64,000 bases of DNA, taken from contig JADBKH010000009.1 in assembly GCA_014896485.1 (NCBI GenBank), forward strand, positions 28,800 through 92,799, written 5' to 3'. The translations under genes were made by a program, and so were the position numbers. The notes under the pieces were generated by a model. That model saw only the letters and a list, made by a program, of their open reading frames with translations, searched no databases and was not told the origin of the DNA. Below are positions 45,022-55,675 of this stretch, one piece after another. The DNA comes from Bacillota bacterium. Lineage in GTDB: Bacteria; Bacillota; Bacilli; Bu12. The stretch's first letter is position 1; each line of letters begins with the position of its first letter.

Positions 45022-46761
45022 ATGACCGGAGCAGAAATGGTGGCAGCAGCGTTACAGGCAGAGGGCGTGGAAGTGGTCTTCGGCTATCCGGGAGGCACCG
45101 TTCTCCCCATCTATGATGCGCTTTTTCGATACAATGTGCGGCATGTGCTGGTGCGGCATGAACAGGGGGCTGCGCATGCCGCAGAAGGGTATGCCCAATC
45201 CACCGGGAAAGTAGGGGTCTGCATCGCAACTTCGGGTCCCGGTGCCACCAATCTGGTCACGGGAATTGCCGACGCATTTTTGGATTCCGTACCGCTGGTC
45301 GCCATTACCGGAAACGTCGCACGTGCCTCCATGGGAACAGACGCGTTCCAGGAGGCAGATATCACAGGGATCACCACGCCCATCACCAAACATAACTTTT
45401 TAGTTCGAGACGTCCACGATCTTCCAAGGATCTTAAAAGCGGCTTTTCACATCGCTGCTACTGGACGGCCCGGGCCAGTGCTGATCGACATTCCCAAAGA
45501 TGTCCAAAATTCGGTAGATGACTTCACCTATCCAGACAGCGTGCATCTGGAAGGGTACAACCCCAACCTGCGACCCCATATGCAGCAGCTGATCAAGCTT
45601 GCGGCATTGATCAAAGCCTCAAACCGCCCGCTGCTGTACGTCGGCGGAGGAGCCATTCGCGCTCAGACATCAGAAGCCGTACGCACGCTGGCCGAGAAAC
45701 TCCACGCGCCTGTCGTGATGACGCTCAAAGGACTGGGCGCTTTTCCCGAAAGCCACCCCCTTTCTTTGGGAATGTTGGGGATGCACGGCAGCTATGCCGC
45801 CAACCATGCGGTGCTGGAGTGTGACTTGCTGCTGGCTTTGGGCGCACGTTTCGATGATCGGGTTACAGGGGAAGTCGCTTCCTTTGCGCCCAACGCGACC
45901 ATCGCTCAGATCGATGTCGATCCGGCAGAAATCGGCAAAAACAAGCCGGTTGACCTGCCGATTGTCGCCGATCTCAAGCGTGCCATCGAAGCGCTGTTGC
46001 CCCTGGTGGAGGAAGGCAACCTGTTGCCGCAACGGCAAGCTTGGGTCGACCGCTGTCGCCATTTTGCCGAACGTTTTCCCTTTGCCTATGACCGCACTGC
46101 CACGATACTCAAGCCCCAGGCGGTCATAGAGACACTGCATCGTCTCACCCACGGCAACGCCTTCGTCGTCACCGACGTGGGGCAGCACCAGATGTGGGCC
46201 GCTCAGTTTTATCCGGTCGATGCTCCCCACCAATTCATCACTTCCGGTGGACTAGGAACGATGGGGTTTGGCCTTCCAGCTGCCATCGGTGTTCAGATTG
46301 CCCATCCTAAGGCTCAGGTCATCCTGATCACCGGCGATGCTAGCCTGCAGATGACGATGCAAGAGTTGGCAACTGTTGCCCAGTACGATCTGCCCATCAA
46401 GGTCGTCATCATCAACAATGGTTTCCTGGGCATGGTGCGACAGTGGCAGGAGCTGTTTTACGAAAAACGCTACGCACATTCTGAGGTCGTCTCCATTCCA
46501 GACTTTGTCAAACTGGCAGAGGCGTTTCGCATCCACGGCGCGCGCGTCGATTCCATGGACGGACTCGATGCATCCATCGAGCATGCTTTGGCCATTCCGG
46601 GACCGGCGGTGATCGACGCCATTGTGGATCCGCAGGAAAACGTTTTGCCTATGGTTCCACCGGGAGCCCCCCTCTCTGCCATGATCGGCTGGTGGAGTAA
46701 GGAAGAGGAAGAGCAGGAACAACAGCGAGAGGCTGCACTCTATGGGGGGCGGTTGACGTGA
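45022..46761 (+). CDS. ilvB: acetolactate synthase large subunit
   Basis: Thiamine-diphosphate enzyme: 'MTGAEMVAAALQAEGVEVVFGYPGG', 'GDASLQM' ThDP motif. Start refined to ATG with an AGGAGG Shine-Dalgarno. Confidence 0.95.
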   Translation: MTGAEMVAAALQAEGVEVVFGYPGGTVLPIYDALFRYNVRHVLVRHEQGAAHAAEGYAQSTGKVGVCIATSGPGATNLVTGIADAFLDSVPLVAITGNVARASMGTDAFQEADITGITTPITKHNFLVRDVHDLPRILKAAFHIAATGRPGPVLIDIPKDVQNSVDDFTYPDSVHLEGYNPNLRPHMQQLIKLAALIKASNRPLLYVGGGAIRAQTSEAVRTLAEKLHAPVVMTLKGLGAFPESHPLSLGMLGMHGSYAANHAVLECDLLLALGARFDDRVTGEVASFAPNATIAQIDVDPAEIGKNKPVDLPIVADLKRAIEALLPLVEEGNLLPQRQAWVDRCRHFAERFPFAYDRTATILKPQAVIETLHRLTHGNAFVVTDVGQHQMWAAQFYPVDAPHQFITSGGLGTMGFGLPAAIGVQIAHPKAQVILITGDASLQMTMQELATVAQYDLPIKVVIINNGFLGMVRQWQELFYEKRYAHSEVVSIPDFVKLAEAFRIHGARVDSMDGLDASIEHALAIPGPAVIDAIVDPQENVLPMVPPGAPLSAMIGWWSKEEEEQEQQREAALYGGRLT

Positions 46762-47282
46762 ATCGCCGCCATACCCTCTCTGTCATTGTCGTCAACGAAC
46801 CAGGCGTCTTGGGACGAGTCGCCGGATTGTTCAGCCGCAGGGGATTCAACATTGAAAGCATCTCCGTCGGAGAGACGGATAACCCTCAGCGTTCCTGCAT
46901 GACCATTGTCACCACGGGCGATGCGCCAACGATCGAACAGTTGACCAAACAACTCAACAAAATGGTGGATGTCATCAAGGTCGTCGATCTGACCGAAGAA
47001 CCGATTGTGGCACGCGAGCTGGCTTTGATCAAAGTCAACTGCTCCCCTGCGCATCGTGCGGAGATCGAAGCGCTGATAGCCCCCTTTCGGGCGGATGTGG
47101 TCGATGTGGGGCGCAATGCGCTGATCATTCAGACAGTCGGGCGAGAAGAGAAGGTGGCTGCTTTGGTCGAGCTCCTACGCCCATACGGGATCCGCGAACT
47201 CTTGCAGACCGGCGTTGCCGCGATGCAACGCAGCGGCGCAGCGGGTCCAGTCCCTGTTGATAAAAAGGAGGCACATGGATGA
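46758..47282 (+). CDS. ilvN: acetolactate synthase small (regulatory) subunit
   Basis: ACT domain '[34 protein letters not shown]'; overlaps the ilvB stop. Confidence 0.9.
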   Translation: MNRRHTLSVIVVNEPGVLGRVAGLFSRRGFNIESISVGETDNPQRSCMTIVTTGDAPTIEQLTKQLNKMVDVIKVVDLTEEPIVARELALIKVNCSPAHRAEIEALIAPFRADVVDVGRNALIIQTVGREEKVAALVELLRPYGIRELLQTGVAAMQRSGAAGPVPVDKKEAHG

Positions 47283-48265
47283 AGGTCTACTACGACAGCG
47301 ATGCGGATTTAAATGCCTTACAGGGCAAAACAGTGGCAATCTTGGGATATGGGAGTCAGGGACATGCACATGCCCAGAATCTGCGCGACTCAGGAGTCGA
47401 GGTGCTGGTTGCCGTTCGCCCTGGCCGCTCTTTTGACCAAGCCAAGCGTGACGGATTCTCTCCAGTCAGCAACAGTGAAGCAGCCCAACGCGCCGATATC
47501 CTGATGTTTTTGTTGCCCGATGAGACCCAGGCCGCCGTTTACCGAAACGAAGTCCAGCCTTCCCTTCGCAGCGGGCAAGCCCTCTTTTTTGCCCATGGCT
47601 TCAACATCCACTATCACCAGATCATTGCCCCTGAAGATGTCGATGTCGTCATGGTCGCGCCCAAAGGGCCTGGGCATATGGTTCGACGTGTCTTTCACGA
47701 AGGAGGCGGTGTACCATCTCTGTTGGCCATTGCCCAGGATGCGAGCGGCAAAGCACGTGACTTAGGCCTTGCTTATGCAAAGGGCCTGGGAGCCACACGG
47801 GCTGGTGTCATCGAGACGACTTTCCAGGAAGAGACCGAAACCGATCTTTTCGGTGAACAGGCCGTCTTGTGCGGCGGTCTTTCGTCTTTGATCAAAACCG
47901 GTTTTGAAACGTTGGTCGAAGCGGGTTATGCGCCAGAGATGGCTTTCTTTGAGTGCATGCACGAAATGAAACTGATCGTCGACCTGATCTACGAAGGCGG
48001 TTTGTCCAAGATGCGCTGGTCTATTTCCAACACGGCCGAATACGGAGACTACAGCAGAGGACCAAAGGTCATCGACGAGCATGTTCGCGAGAACATGCGG
48101 GCAGTTTTGCGCGATATCCAAAGCGGTCGTTTCGCGACCGAGTGGATCTTAGAAAACCAGGCTGGACGGGCGACGTTTGAAACGACTCGGCAAAAAGAGG
48201 CCGCACATCCTGTTGAACAAGTCGGGCAGCAGCTGCGGCAGATGATGTCCTGGTTGCAGCGGTAA
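47279..48265 (+). CDS. ilvC: ketol-acid reductoisomerase
   Basis: '[25 protein letters not shown]' NADPH site; 328 aa class I KARI. Confidence 0.95.
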   Translation: MKVYYDSDADLNALQGKTVAILGYGSQGHAHAQNLRDSGVEVLVAVRPGRSFDQAKRDGFSPVSNSEAAQRADILMFLLPDETQAAVYRNEVQPSLRSGQALFFAHGFNIHYHQIIAPEDVDVVMVAPKGPGHMVRRVFHEGGGVPSLLAIAQDASGKARDLGLAYAKGLGATRAGVIETTFQEETETDLFGEQAVLCGGLSSLIKTGFETLVEAGYAPEMAFFECMHEMKLIVDLIYEGGLSKMRWSISNTAEYGDYSRGPKVIDEHVRENMRAVLRDIQSGRFATEWILENQAGRATFETTRQKEAAHPVEQVGQQLRQMMSWLQR

Positions 48266-48299
48266 ATCACTTCTTGAAGGGATTGGAGGAGGCAACGAG

Positions 48300-49847
48300 A
48301 TGGATCATGTTTCCATTTTTGATACGACGTTGCGCGATGGGGAGCAGACACCGGGCGTTGCCTTGACGGCAGATGAGAAGATCGAGATTGCCCGGCAGTT
48401 GGCCGCGTTGAAGGTGGACGCCATCGAAGCGGGTTTTGCCGCTTCCTCCAAAGGCGATTTCAATGCGGTACGGCGCATTGCAAAAGAAGTGCGCGGTGTT
48501 CAAATCGCTGCTCTGGCACGTGCCGAGCGGGGGGATATCGACGCAGTCGTCGATGCGCTCAAAGAAGCTGAGTCGCCACGCGTGCATATTTTTTTGGCAA
48601 CCTCTGATCTCCATCTACAAAAAAAGCTTCGGATGACGCGGGAGCAGGCCCTAGCGGCCATCGATGATTCGGTGCGTTATGCCAAGCGTTTTATCTCTGA
48701 TGTCGAATTCTCTGCAGAAGACGGCAGTCGCACCGATCCGAGCTTCCTGACTGAAGTGGTACGGACAGCATTGGCAGCGGGTGCTACAGTGATCAATGTT
48801 CCCGATACAGTGGGATATGCCCAACCTGCCGAATATGCCGCACTCTTTTCCAAGCTGCTCGCAGAAATTGACGGATTGGAGCGAATTGTCCTTTCTTGCC
48901 ATTGTCACGACGATTTGGGCCTTTCGGTCGCCAATTCGCTGGCAGCCATCCAAGCCGGGGTACGCCAGGTAGAAGGGTGCATCAATGGCATCGGGGAACG
49001 GGCAGGCAACACGGCCTTGGAAGAGGTGATCATGGCTCTGCGGGTTCGCAATGATTTCTATGGGGTTGACACGCGCATCGAAACCTCCCAGTTGGCGACA
49101 ACCAGCAAGCTCGTCTCTCGCATGACCGGTATCGCCGTACCGCCCAACAAAGCGGTCATCGGGAGCAACGCTTTTGCCCATGAGTCTGGGGTCCACCAAG
49201 ATGGTGTGATCAAAGATCGGCGAACCTACGAGATCATGGAAGGCTCTACCGTTGGCCAAGCGGGAACGCGGCTGGTGTTGGGCAAACTTTCTGGAAGGCG
49301 CGCTGTGGGGGAACGCTTGAAGCAACTCGGTTTTTCTCTGCCAGACGAACAGTTGGCGGAATTCTTCGTGCGCTTTAAAGAATTGGCCGATCGCAAGCGC
49401 GAGGTCACTGATGACGATCTGATCGCGTTGATCGCCGAAAACACACGTGGCATCGAGCAGCGCCATTTCAAGTTGAGTTTCTTGCAAATTTCGACGGGTA
49501 CACGGCTGCTCTCAACTGCTACCGTCGGTATCGAGATAGAGGGGAAAGGCGATGTCGAGGAGGCAGCGACAGGAGATGGCCCGGTAGATGCTGTTTTTAA
49601 TGCCATCGATCGGGCCTGTGGTAACCAGGCCAAACTGATCAGCTATCGCATTGAGTCGGTGGGTACTGGAAAAGATGCGCAGGGCGCGGTGACGACCGAA
49701 TTGTCTGACGGTGAACATCGCGTCACAGGCCATGGCATTTCCACAGACATCGTCCAGGCCAGTGCGGCAGCCTATATCGATGCGCTCAATCGTCTCTGGG
49801 CCATTCAACCGCAAAACGCCGAAAAAGAAGGAGCCGTTGTTTTGTGA
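48300..49847 (+). CDS. leuA: 2-isopropylmalate synthase
   Basis: 'IFDTTLRDGEQTPGVAL' DRE-TIM N-terminus, 'HCHDDLGL' motif, C-terminal LeuA dimerisation domain. Confidence 0.95.
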   Translation: MDHVSIFDTTLRDGEQTPGVALTADEKIEIARQLAALKVDAIEAGFAASSKGDFNAVRRIAKEVRGVQIAALARAERGDIDAVVDALKEAESPRVHIFLATSDLHLQKKLRMTREQALAAIDDSVRYAKRFISDVEFSAEDGSRTDPSFLTEVVRTALAAGATVINVPDTVGYAQPAEYAALFSKLLAEIDGLERIVLSCHCHDDLGLSVANSLAAIQAGVRQVEGCINGIGERAGNTALEEVIMALRVRNDFYGVDTRIETSQLATTSKLVSRMTGIAVPPNKAVIGSNAFAHESGVHQDGVIKDRRTYEIMEGSTVGQAGTRLVLGKLSGRRAVGERLKQLGFSLPDEQLAEFFVRFKELADRKREVTDDDLIALIAENTRGIEQRHFKLSFLQISTGTRLLSTATVGIEIEGKGDVEEAATGDGPVDAVFNAIDRACGNQAKLISYRIESVGTGKDAQGAVTTELSDGEHRVTGHGISTDIVQASAAAYIDALNRLWAIQPQNAEKEGAVVL

Positions 49848-50944
49848 GTGTATCGCCGTTCCACGTGGTCGTCTTGCCGGGAGATGGGATCGGCCCCGAA
49901 GTCATGACGCAGGCCATGCGGGTGCTGGATGCAGTGCGCCCGCACCTGCACCGCCCTGTAGAAGTAGAGGAATGCTGGATCGGCGGTGCCGCCATCGATC
50001 GTTTCGGCGTCCCGTTGCCACAAGAGACGCGGGACGCCTGCCTGGCTGCCGATGCAGTCCTCTTGGCAGCGGTGGGAGGACCAAAGTGGGATCACTTACC
50101 CGTCTCCCAAGCACCCGAAGCAGGGCTGCTCGGTTTGCGCAAGGCGATGGCTGTCTTTGCCAACCTGCGACCAGCTGTCGTCTATCCGGCGTTGGCCGAC
50201 GCTTCCCCACTCAAGCGCGAACGTGTCGAAGGGGTCGATCTGTTGGTCGTGCGTGAGCTGACCGGCGGACTTTATTATGGGCCAGCGGGCCGAAAAGAGA
50301 CCCCAGAAGGTGAACCGTTCGCTTACAACACCATGCGCTATACACGGAGCGAGGTGCGGCGTGTGGCTCAAGCGGCTTTCGAAGCAGCCCGACAGCGTCG
50401 GCACCATGTGACCTCGGTCGACAAGGCCAATGTCTTGGAGGTCTCCCGTTTTTGGAGGGAAGAAGTGACAGCCGTTGCGAAAGAGTATCCCGATGTCGCC
50501 TTGGATCACCTCTACGTCGACAATGCAGCGATGCAGCTTGCCACGCGCCCTGGGCAGTTTGACGTGCTTTTGGCCGAAAATACTTTTGGTGACATCTTGA
50601 GCGATGAAGCGGCTGCGATCACCGGTTCTCTGGGACTTTTGCCTTCTGCCAGTCTGGGGAAAGGTGCCCGGGGCTTTTATGAGCCTGTACACGGTTCAGC
50701 CCCCGACATTGCGGGAAAAGGGACAGCCAATCCCATTGCCCAAATCCTTTCCCTCGCCATGTTGTTGCGGTACTCCGCACAAGAGGTACAGGCCGCCGAA
50801 GCGATTGAAGAAGCAGTGCGCCAGACGATTGCGGCAGGTTACCGGACGCCAGATATTGCACAGTCGAACGAGACAGCGATCGGCACCCAAGAGATGGGCA
50901 ATGCGATTCTCGATGCGCTGGCCAGCTGCTACCCCTCTGCTTAG
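49844..50944 (+). CDS. leuB: 3-isopropylmalate dehydrogenase
   Basis: '[13 protein letters not shown]', '[26 protein letters not shown]'. Confidence 0.95.
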   Translation: [366 protein letters not shown]

Positions 50945-51112
50945 CCATCGCTTTCCTGCTTATGCCAAAGACCGGTTGCCAGGCCTACAGGAGGTCTGGC
51001 ACCTGTCTTTGATTGCTGCCGATCGCATGCTTTGGGTGGATGACGCCTTGTACTGATTTCGCTATCATGGACAAAGAAGCGGAAGCGTCGTGTCGTCACA
51101 GGGGGGCTTATC

Positions 51113-51619
51113 ATGTACGTGCTTGGGATCGATCCGGGGATTGGCCGGACAGGGTGGGGAATCGTCGGGCATCAGGGGCAGAAGGTCGTAGCGCTCGGGT
51201 TTGGTTGTATTGAAACGCCGCCCTCTCAGCCGCATGAGCAACGCTTGGCGATGCTCTTTGAAGCCGTCCGTAACGTGATTGCATCTTTTCAACCCGCCAG
51301 CGTAGGCGTGGAAAAACTTTTCTTTTATCGGAACGTCAACGGCATTGCGGTTGGGGAAGCTCGGGGTGTCGCGCTCCTGGCCTGTGCGCAGGCAGGCCTT
51401 GCAGTGCATGAATATGCGCCTCCCGAAGTGAAGCAGGCCGTTGTCGGCGTTGGCCGTGCCGACAAAAAACAAGTCACGACCATGGTGCAGCGGATTTTAG
51501 CACTTCCCAAGCCACCGACTCCAGACGATACTGCGGACGCTCTTGCCATTGCGTTGTGTGAATTGCACAGCCAACCCTTTTATGCTGCAGTAAGGCAATC
51601 GGGGCGACCCTCGATATGA
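51113..51619 (+). CDS. ruvC: crossover junction endodeoxyribonuclease
   Basis: 'MYVLGIDPGIGRTGWGIV' RNase-H-fold N-terminus. Confidence 0.9.
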   Translation: MYVLGIDPGIGRTGWGIVGHQGQKVVALGFGCIETPPSQPHEQRLAMLFEAVRNVIASFQPASVGVEKLFFYRNVNGIAVGEARGVALLACAQAGLAVHEYAPPEVKQAVVGVGRADKKQVTTMVQRILALPKPPTPDDTADALAIALCELHSQPFYAAVRQSGRPSI

Positions 51620-52254
51620 TCGCCTTCATCGATGGCACTGTGGTCGATGCTTTGGCCGCGGCGTGGGTGGTACAAGTCGGAAGCTTTGGCCTTCGTATCG
51701 ACGTTTTGCCTTCCGTTGCCGCTGCGCCGCCGATAGGCCAACAGGTGCGCCTCTATACCTCACTTCACCGCACGGAGACCAAAACGACACTCTATGGTTT
51801 TGCACGCGCAGATGAGCGCGATCTCTTCGAGACCTTGATCGGGATCAGTGGCATCGGTCCAAAAGGTGCCCTGGCCCTCATCGACACTTTGGGCGTCGAG
51901 GGATTGATACGCGCGGTCGCCACGCAAAACGTCTCTGCTTTGGCAGAGGTACGCGGATTCGGAAAAAAATCAGCAGAGCGGTTGTTGATCACGCTACAAC
52001 AGCACAGCCTGTATACACAGATGCCAGACGCTGCAACCCGTTCAGAAGGCGACCGCTCTCCTTCTACTTTGGTAGACGATCTCTGCGCCGGATTACAGGC
52101 GATGGGATATGCAGCGCAAGAAGCCGAACGCGCTGTAACGGAAGCCCTGCGGACGGTCACCAGCCGTTCTGAGCAAGAAATTTTGCGCCATGCGCTGCAA
52201 TTGTTGGCACCCGGGGTGCCTATTAGCACGTTTGGAGGAAAGGGACGCTCGTAA
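51616..52254 (+). CDS. ruvA: Holliday junction branch-migration complex subunit
   Basis: 'MIAFIDGTV...LYGF...[23 protein letters not shown]' (HhH motifs). Confidence 0.9.
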   Translation: MIAFIDGTVVDALAAAWVVQVGSFGLRIDVLPSVAAAPPIGQQVRLYTSLHRTETKTTLYGFARADERDLFETLIGISGIGPKGALALIDTLGVEGLIRAVATQNVSALAEVRGFGKKSAERLLITLQQHSLYTQMPDAATRSEGDRSPSTLVDDLCAGLQAMGYAAQEAERAVTEALRTVTSRSEQEILRHALQLLAPGVPISTFGGKGRS

Positions 52255-52270
52255 AAGGGGGGCAGCAATT

Positions 52271-53296
52271 GTGGAGCCAAGATTCGGTTCCCCTCAGACA
52301 ATGACCGCGGAAGAGGCCCTCTCAGAAGTCACGCTACGCCCGCGGTCACTCGAAGAATACGTCGGTCAGCAGCAATTGCGCCAGAATTTGCGCATTTTCA
52401 TCGATGCCGCACGCCAAAGGCAGGAAGCGCTCGATCACGTACTGCTCTATGGGCCTCCAGGGCTGGGTAAGACCACCCTGGCCCATATCATTGCGACAGA
52501 GATGGGCAGCAGTCTGCGGATCACCTCCGGCCCCGCCATTGAACGGGTGGGAGACCTCGCGGCATTGCTGACTGCTTTGGAACCTTATGACGTTCTGTTT
52601 ATCGATGAGATCCACCGTCTTGCTCCCCCAGTCGAAGAGGTGCTTTACCCAGCGATGGAAGATAGCGCAATCGATGTGATGATCGGAAAGGGCCCCAGCG
52701 CACGTTCCTTGCGCTTGGAGTTACCCCCGTTTACGTTGGTAGGGGCAACGACCCGCGCCGGTCTGCTCTCCGCTCCGCTGCGCGACCGTTTTGGCGTGCT
52801 CTTTCACTTGGACTACTATACGCAAGAGGAATTGGTGCAGATCCTCTCACGCAGTGCGACGGTCTTGGGGGTTTCGCTGCTCCCAGAAGGGGCACAGGAA
52901 ATTGCGCGTCGATCCCGTGGGACACCCCGTATCGCCAATCGACTGTTGCGCCGGGTACGGGATTTTGCCCAGGTGAATCACCTTCCGTCGATCGACGGTG
53001 CTTTGGCCAAAGAAGCGCTGGACGCGTTACATATCGATCCACTGGGATTGGAAAGTCTGGATTTGCGTCTGCTGACCGCTCTCATCGACACTTTTGGAGG
53101 AGGCCCGGTCGGCGTGGAGGCGCTTTCTGCCACGATTGGCGAAGAGGCCGATACACTAGAAGAGGTCTACGAGCCGTATCTGCTGCAGGCGGGCCTGCTG
53201 ACCCGGTCCCGTCGGGGTCGGGTGGCCACTCCTCTGGCATGGCATCATTTGGGAAAGACACTCCCTGCAGCGCAGCAGACGGTATTTCCTTCGTGA
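52271..53296 (+). CDS. ruvB: Holliday junction DNA helicase
   Basis: '[12 protein letters not shown]', Walker A '[11 protein letters not shown]', sensor motifs. GTG start with a G-rich Shine-Dalgarno chosen; the track ORF begins upstream at 52190. Confidence 0.9.
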   Translation: MEPRFGSPQTMTAEEALSEVTLRPRSLEEYVGQQQLRQNLRIFIDAARQRQEALDHVLLYGPPGLGKTTLAHIIATEMGSSLRITSGPAIERVGDLAALLTALEPYDVLFIDEIHRLAPPVEEVLYPAMEDSAIDVMIGKGPSARSLRLELPPFTLVGATTRAGLLSAPLRDRFGVLFHLDYYTQEELVQILSRSATVLGVSLLPEGAQEIARRSRGTPRIANRLLRRVRDFAQVNHLPSIDGALAKEALDALHIDPLGLESLDLRLLTALIDTFGGGPVGVEALSATIGEEADTLEEVYEPYLLQAGLLTRSRRGRVATPLAWHHLGKTLPAAQQTVFPS

Positions 53297-53341
53297 GGTA
53301 CTCTTCTGTGCGGCCATCTTTGCATGCTTGGAGGAGGAAAA

Positions 53342-54382
53342 TTGGATATTGCCGATTTTGACTACGATTTACCACCGGAACTGATCGCCCAAGAGCCGTT
53401 GGCAGACCGGAGTGCTTCCCGCTTGATGGTGCTCCACCGCGATACGGGTGCAATCGAGCATCGGATTTTCCGCGAACTGCCCGAAATGCTCCGGCCTGAG
53501 GACGTCTTGGTCATCAACGACACCCGGGTGATGCCTGCTCGCATTTTTGGGCACAAGCTGGCCAGTGGGGGAAGGAGCGAATTTCTGCTGCTGCGTCCGC
53601 TTGAGGAACGCCTGTGGGAAGCGCTGGCGAGACCGGCGAAGCGCGTACGCAAGGGAACGGAGATCGCGTTTACAGATCGGCTGGGCCAGCTGATGGCCAC
53701 TGCTGAAGTGATCGCCGAAGAAGATGAAGGGATTCGGCATCTCCGCTTTGCAGGGGAACGCCCCGTCGAAGAGCTGCTCTCTCAGATTGGTCAGATACCG
53801 CTTCCTCCCTATATCCACCGTACGTTGCCGGATCCCCAGCGTTATCAGACAGTCTATGCACGGCGTCTCGGCTCAGCAGCTGCCCCTACAGCAGGATTGC
53901 ACTTTACCCCCGAATTGCTCGATGCCATCGCTGCTCGTGGCGTCGCCATCGTACCAATCACGTTGCACGTGGGGTTGGGCACCTTCCGTCCCGTGACGGA
54001 GATGCAAGTGGAAGCGCATCAGATGCATGAGGAGTGGTATGAAATCTCTAAAGAAGCTGCAGCGATGATTCGCAGCAGAAAAGCTTCTGGTGGACGTATT
54101 GTAGCCGTAGGTACGACGACGGTTCGCACGCTGGAGAGTGTGGCCTCCCGATACGACGGAGAGGTGCGGGCAGACAGTGGGTGGAGCTCCCTGTACATCT
54201 ATCCTGGGTTCCGCTATCGGGCTGTCGATGCCATAGTGACCAATTTCCATCTGCCCAAATCAACACTTTTGTTGATGATCGCGGCATTCGCAGGTCGTGA
54301 CCATGTTCTACAGGCGTATCAGGAAGCAGTGAAGCATCGCTACCGATTTTATTCGTTTGGAGATGCCATGTTCATCGTGTAG
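53342..54382 (+). CDS. queA: S-adenosylmethionine:tRNA ribosyltransferase-isomerase
   Basis: 'LDIADFDYDLPPELIAQEP' is the QueA N-terminus. TTG start 8 nt after a GGAGGAGG Shine-Dalgarno. Confidence 0.9.
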   Translation: MDIADFDYDLPPELIAQEPLADRSASRLMVLHRDTGAIEHRIFRELPEMLRPEDVLVINDTRVMPARIFGHKLASGGRSEFLLLRPLEERLWEALARPAKRVRKGTEIAFTDRLGQLMATAEVIAEEDEGIRHLRFAGERPVEELLSQIGQIPLPPYIHRTLPDPQRYQTVYARRLGSAAAPTAGLHFTPELLDAIAARGVAIVPITLHVGLGTFRPVTEMQVEAHQMHEEWYEISKEAAAMIRSRKASGGRIVAVGTTTVRTLESVASRYDGEVRADSGWSSLYIYPGFRYRAVDAIVTNFHLPKSTLLLMIAAFAGRDHVLQAYQEAVKHRYRFYSFGDAMFIV

Positions 54383-54761
54383 GGCCAAGATTGACGCCAA
54401 CAATGCCTCCGGCGGCACCTGCGACAAAACCTACGGCCCATTGGACGAGCGCCCGAAGCACCAGGTCCTGTGCAGCATCGTAAAAGGCATACCCGATGAG
54501 GGAGAGGAGAAGCATCAGTAGGCAACCGACCGATCCACCGACGATCCAGCCATGGCGTTGAGCGCGAAAGGCCGCCCATCCGCCGCCACCGACCGCACAA
54601 GCCAACGCGCCTACCAGGGCGAGAGTTGTAGCCGTATCTTCGGAGAGCGAGGTTGTCGCCAAAGCAAAACCAATCGCTGAAATGGCAAGCGCACAACAGA
54701 CGAGTGCGACCACCAATCCATGCAGAACGGCACCGGCAACCGAAGTTGGGTGTGTTGCCAT
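54372..54761 (-). CDS. small polytopic membrane protein of unknown function
   Basis: Four hydrophobic segments; occupies the position held by small membrane-protein genes between queA and tgt in Bacillus. Confidence 0.5.
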   Translation of the reverse strand: MATHPTSVAGAVLHGLVVALVCCALAISAIGFALATTSLSEDTATTLALVGALACAVGGGGWAAFRAQRHGWIVGGSVGCLLMLLLSLIGYAFYDAAQDLVLRALVQWAVGFVAGAAGGIVGVNLGPTR

Positions 54762-54799
54762 GGGGCCACCCCCTACTTACTTCTATGCTGGACAAGGGC

Positions 54800-54830
54800 G
54801 CATATGCAGAGGAGGTCTTTCGCACACTGA
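54800..54830 (+). promoter_or_regulatory. putative forespore (sigma-G/sigma-F-type) promoter for the SASP gene
   Basis: GCATA-(17/18 nt)-CACACTG resembles the sigma-G consensus (GnATA ... CATnnTA); about 30 nt upstream of the SASP start. Confidence 0.3.
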
Positions 54831-54860
54831 GTTTGCTCCGAACCGGAGGAGGTTTGCACC

Positions 54861-55115
54861 GTGGGTGACGGGAAGCGTCGTCCGGTTGTCGAAAGCCACA
54901 CCAGCGAAGAGGCGTTGGACCACCTCAAAGAAGAGGTGGCAGACGATCTCGGGCTGAAGGAGAAGATCCTCCGGGTTGGCTGGGGCGAGATGACCACCCA
55001 TGAAGTCGGCAAGATCGGCGGGAACATGGTGCGGCGCATGATCGCCTATGCCGAACGTCACATGGATGACAACGGTGAAAAACAAGAAAAAGGTTCGGAG
55101 CAGCGCAAGACCTAA
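54861..55115 (+). CDS. alpha/beta-type small acid-soluble spore protein (SASP)
   Basis: 'LDHLKEEVADDLGL...EVGKIGGNMVRRMIAYAE' fits the two conserved SASP segments (compare Bacillus 'IDQMKYEIASEFGV...SVGGEITKRLV'). GTG start after GGAGGAGG; a sigma-G-like promoter is upstream. Confidence 0.7.
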   Translation: MGDGKRRPVVESHTSEEALDHLKEEVADDLGLKEKILRVGWGEMTTHEVGKIGGNMVRRMIAYAERHMDDNGEKQEKGSEQRKT

Positions 55116-55242
55116 AACGAGGCGGGGCCAAAAGGCTCCGCCTCCAGTGTTTGCGGTGCTTCTGCGCCATGTAGAATGCTTGTATTTGGATTTTAGCCGG
55201 ATTACCCTCTATCCTTGGCAAGGCAAGAAGGGAAGAAGGGCG

Positions 55243-55674
55243 ATGGGCGACCTCTATTGCTTTGGATGCAGTCAGACCAATCCCAAGGGATTGCATCTGG
55301 AGGTGCATCCTGAAGGCGACCAAATGGTTGCTTTCTTTACACCAACGATAGAACATAGTGGCTGGCAAAATATCGTACACGGCGGTTTGATTTGCACCGT
55401 GATGGATGAATTGACTGGCTGGGTAACACACGCACTGGGTCAATCTTGTGTGACAGCGAAACTTGAAACTCATTTTGATGCCCCTGTCCACGTAGGAGAG
55501 CGCGTCCGTGCACAAGCTAAGGCGATACATGTCACACGGCGTCTGATCACGGTCGAAGCACAGGTAATTGGTGCAGAAGATGGGCGTCTGCGTGCCCATG
55601 CAACCGCGACGATGGTCGTCGTGACACCGCAAAAAGCAGAGAAGTACGATATTGATACAACGCTGACGCAATGA
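55243..55674 (+). CDS. PaaI-family (hotdog-fold) thioesterase
   Basis: 'NIVHGGLICTVMDELTGWV' hotdog active-site helix. Start refined to MGDLY (purine-rich Shine-Dalgarno). Confidence 0.75.
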   Translation: MGDLYCFGCSQTNPKGLHLEVHPEGDQMVAFFTPTIEHSGWQNIVHGGLICTVMDELTGWVTHALGQSCVTAKLETHFDAPVHVGERVRAQAKAIHVTRRLITVEAQVIGAEDGRLRAHATATMVVVTPQKAEKYDIDTTLTQ

Positions 55675-55675
55675 G

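Noticed and set aside
50945-51112. Imperfect hairpin CCAGGCC...GGTCTGG after leuB as a terminator
   Set aside because: One mismatch in a 7-bp stem and only a weak T-tract. It may attenuate read-through into ruvC, but the evidence is insufficient to call it a feature.
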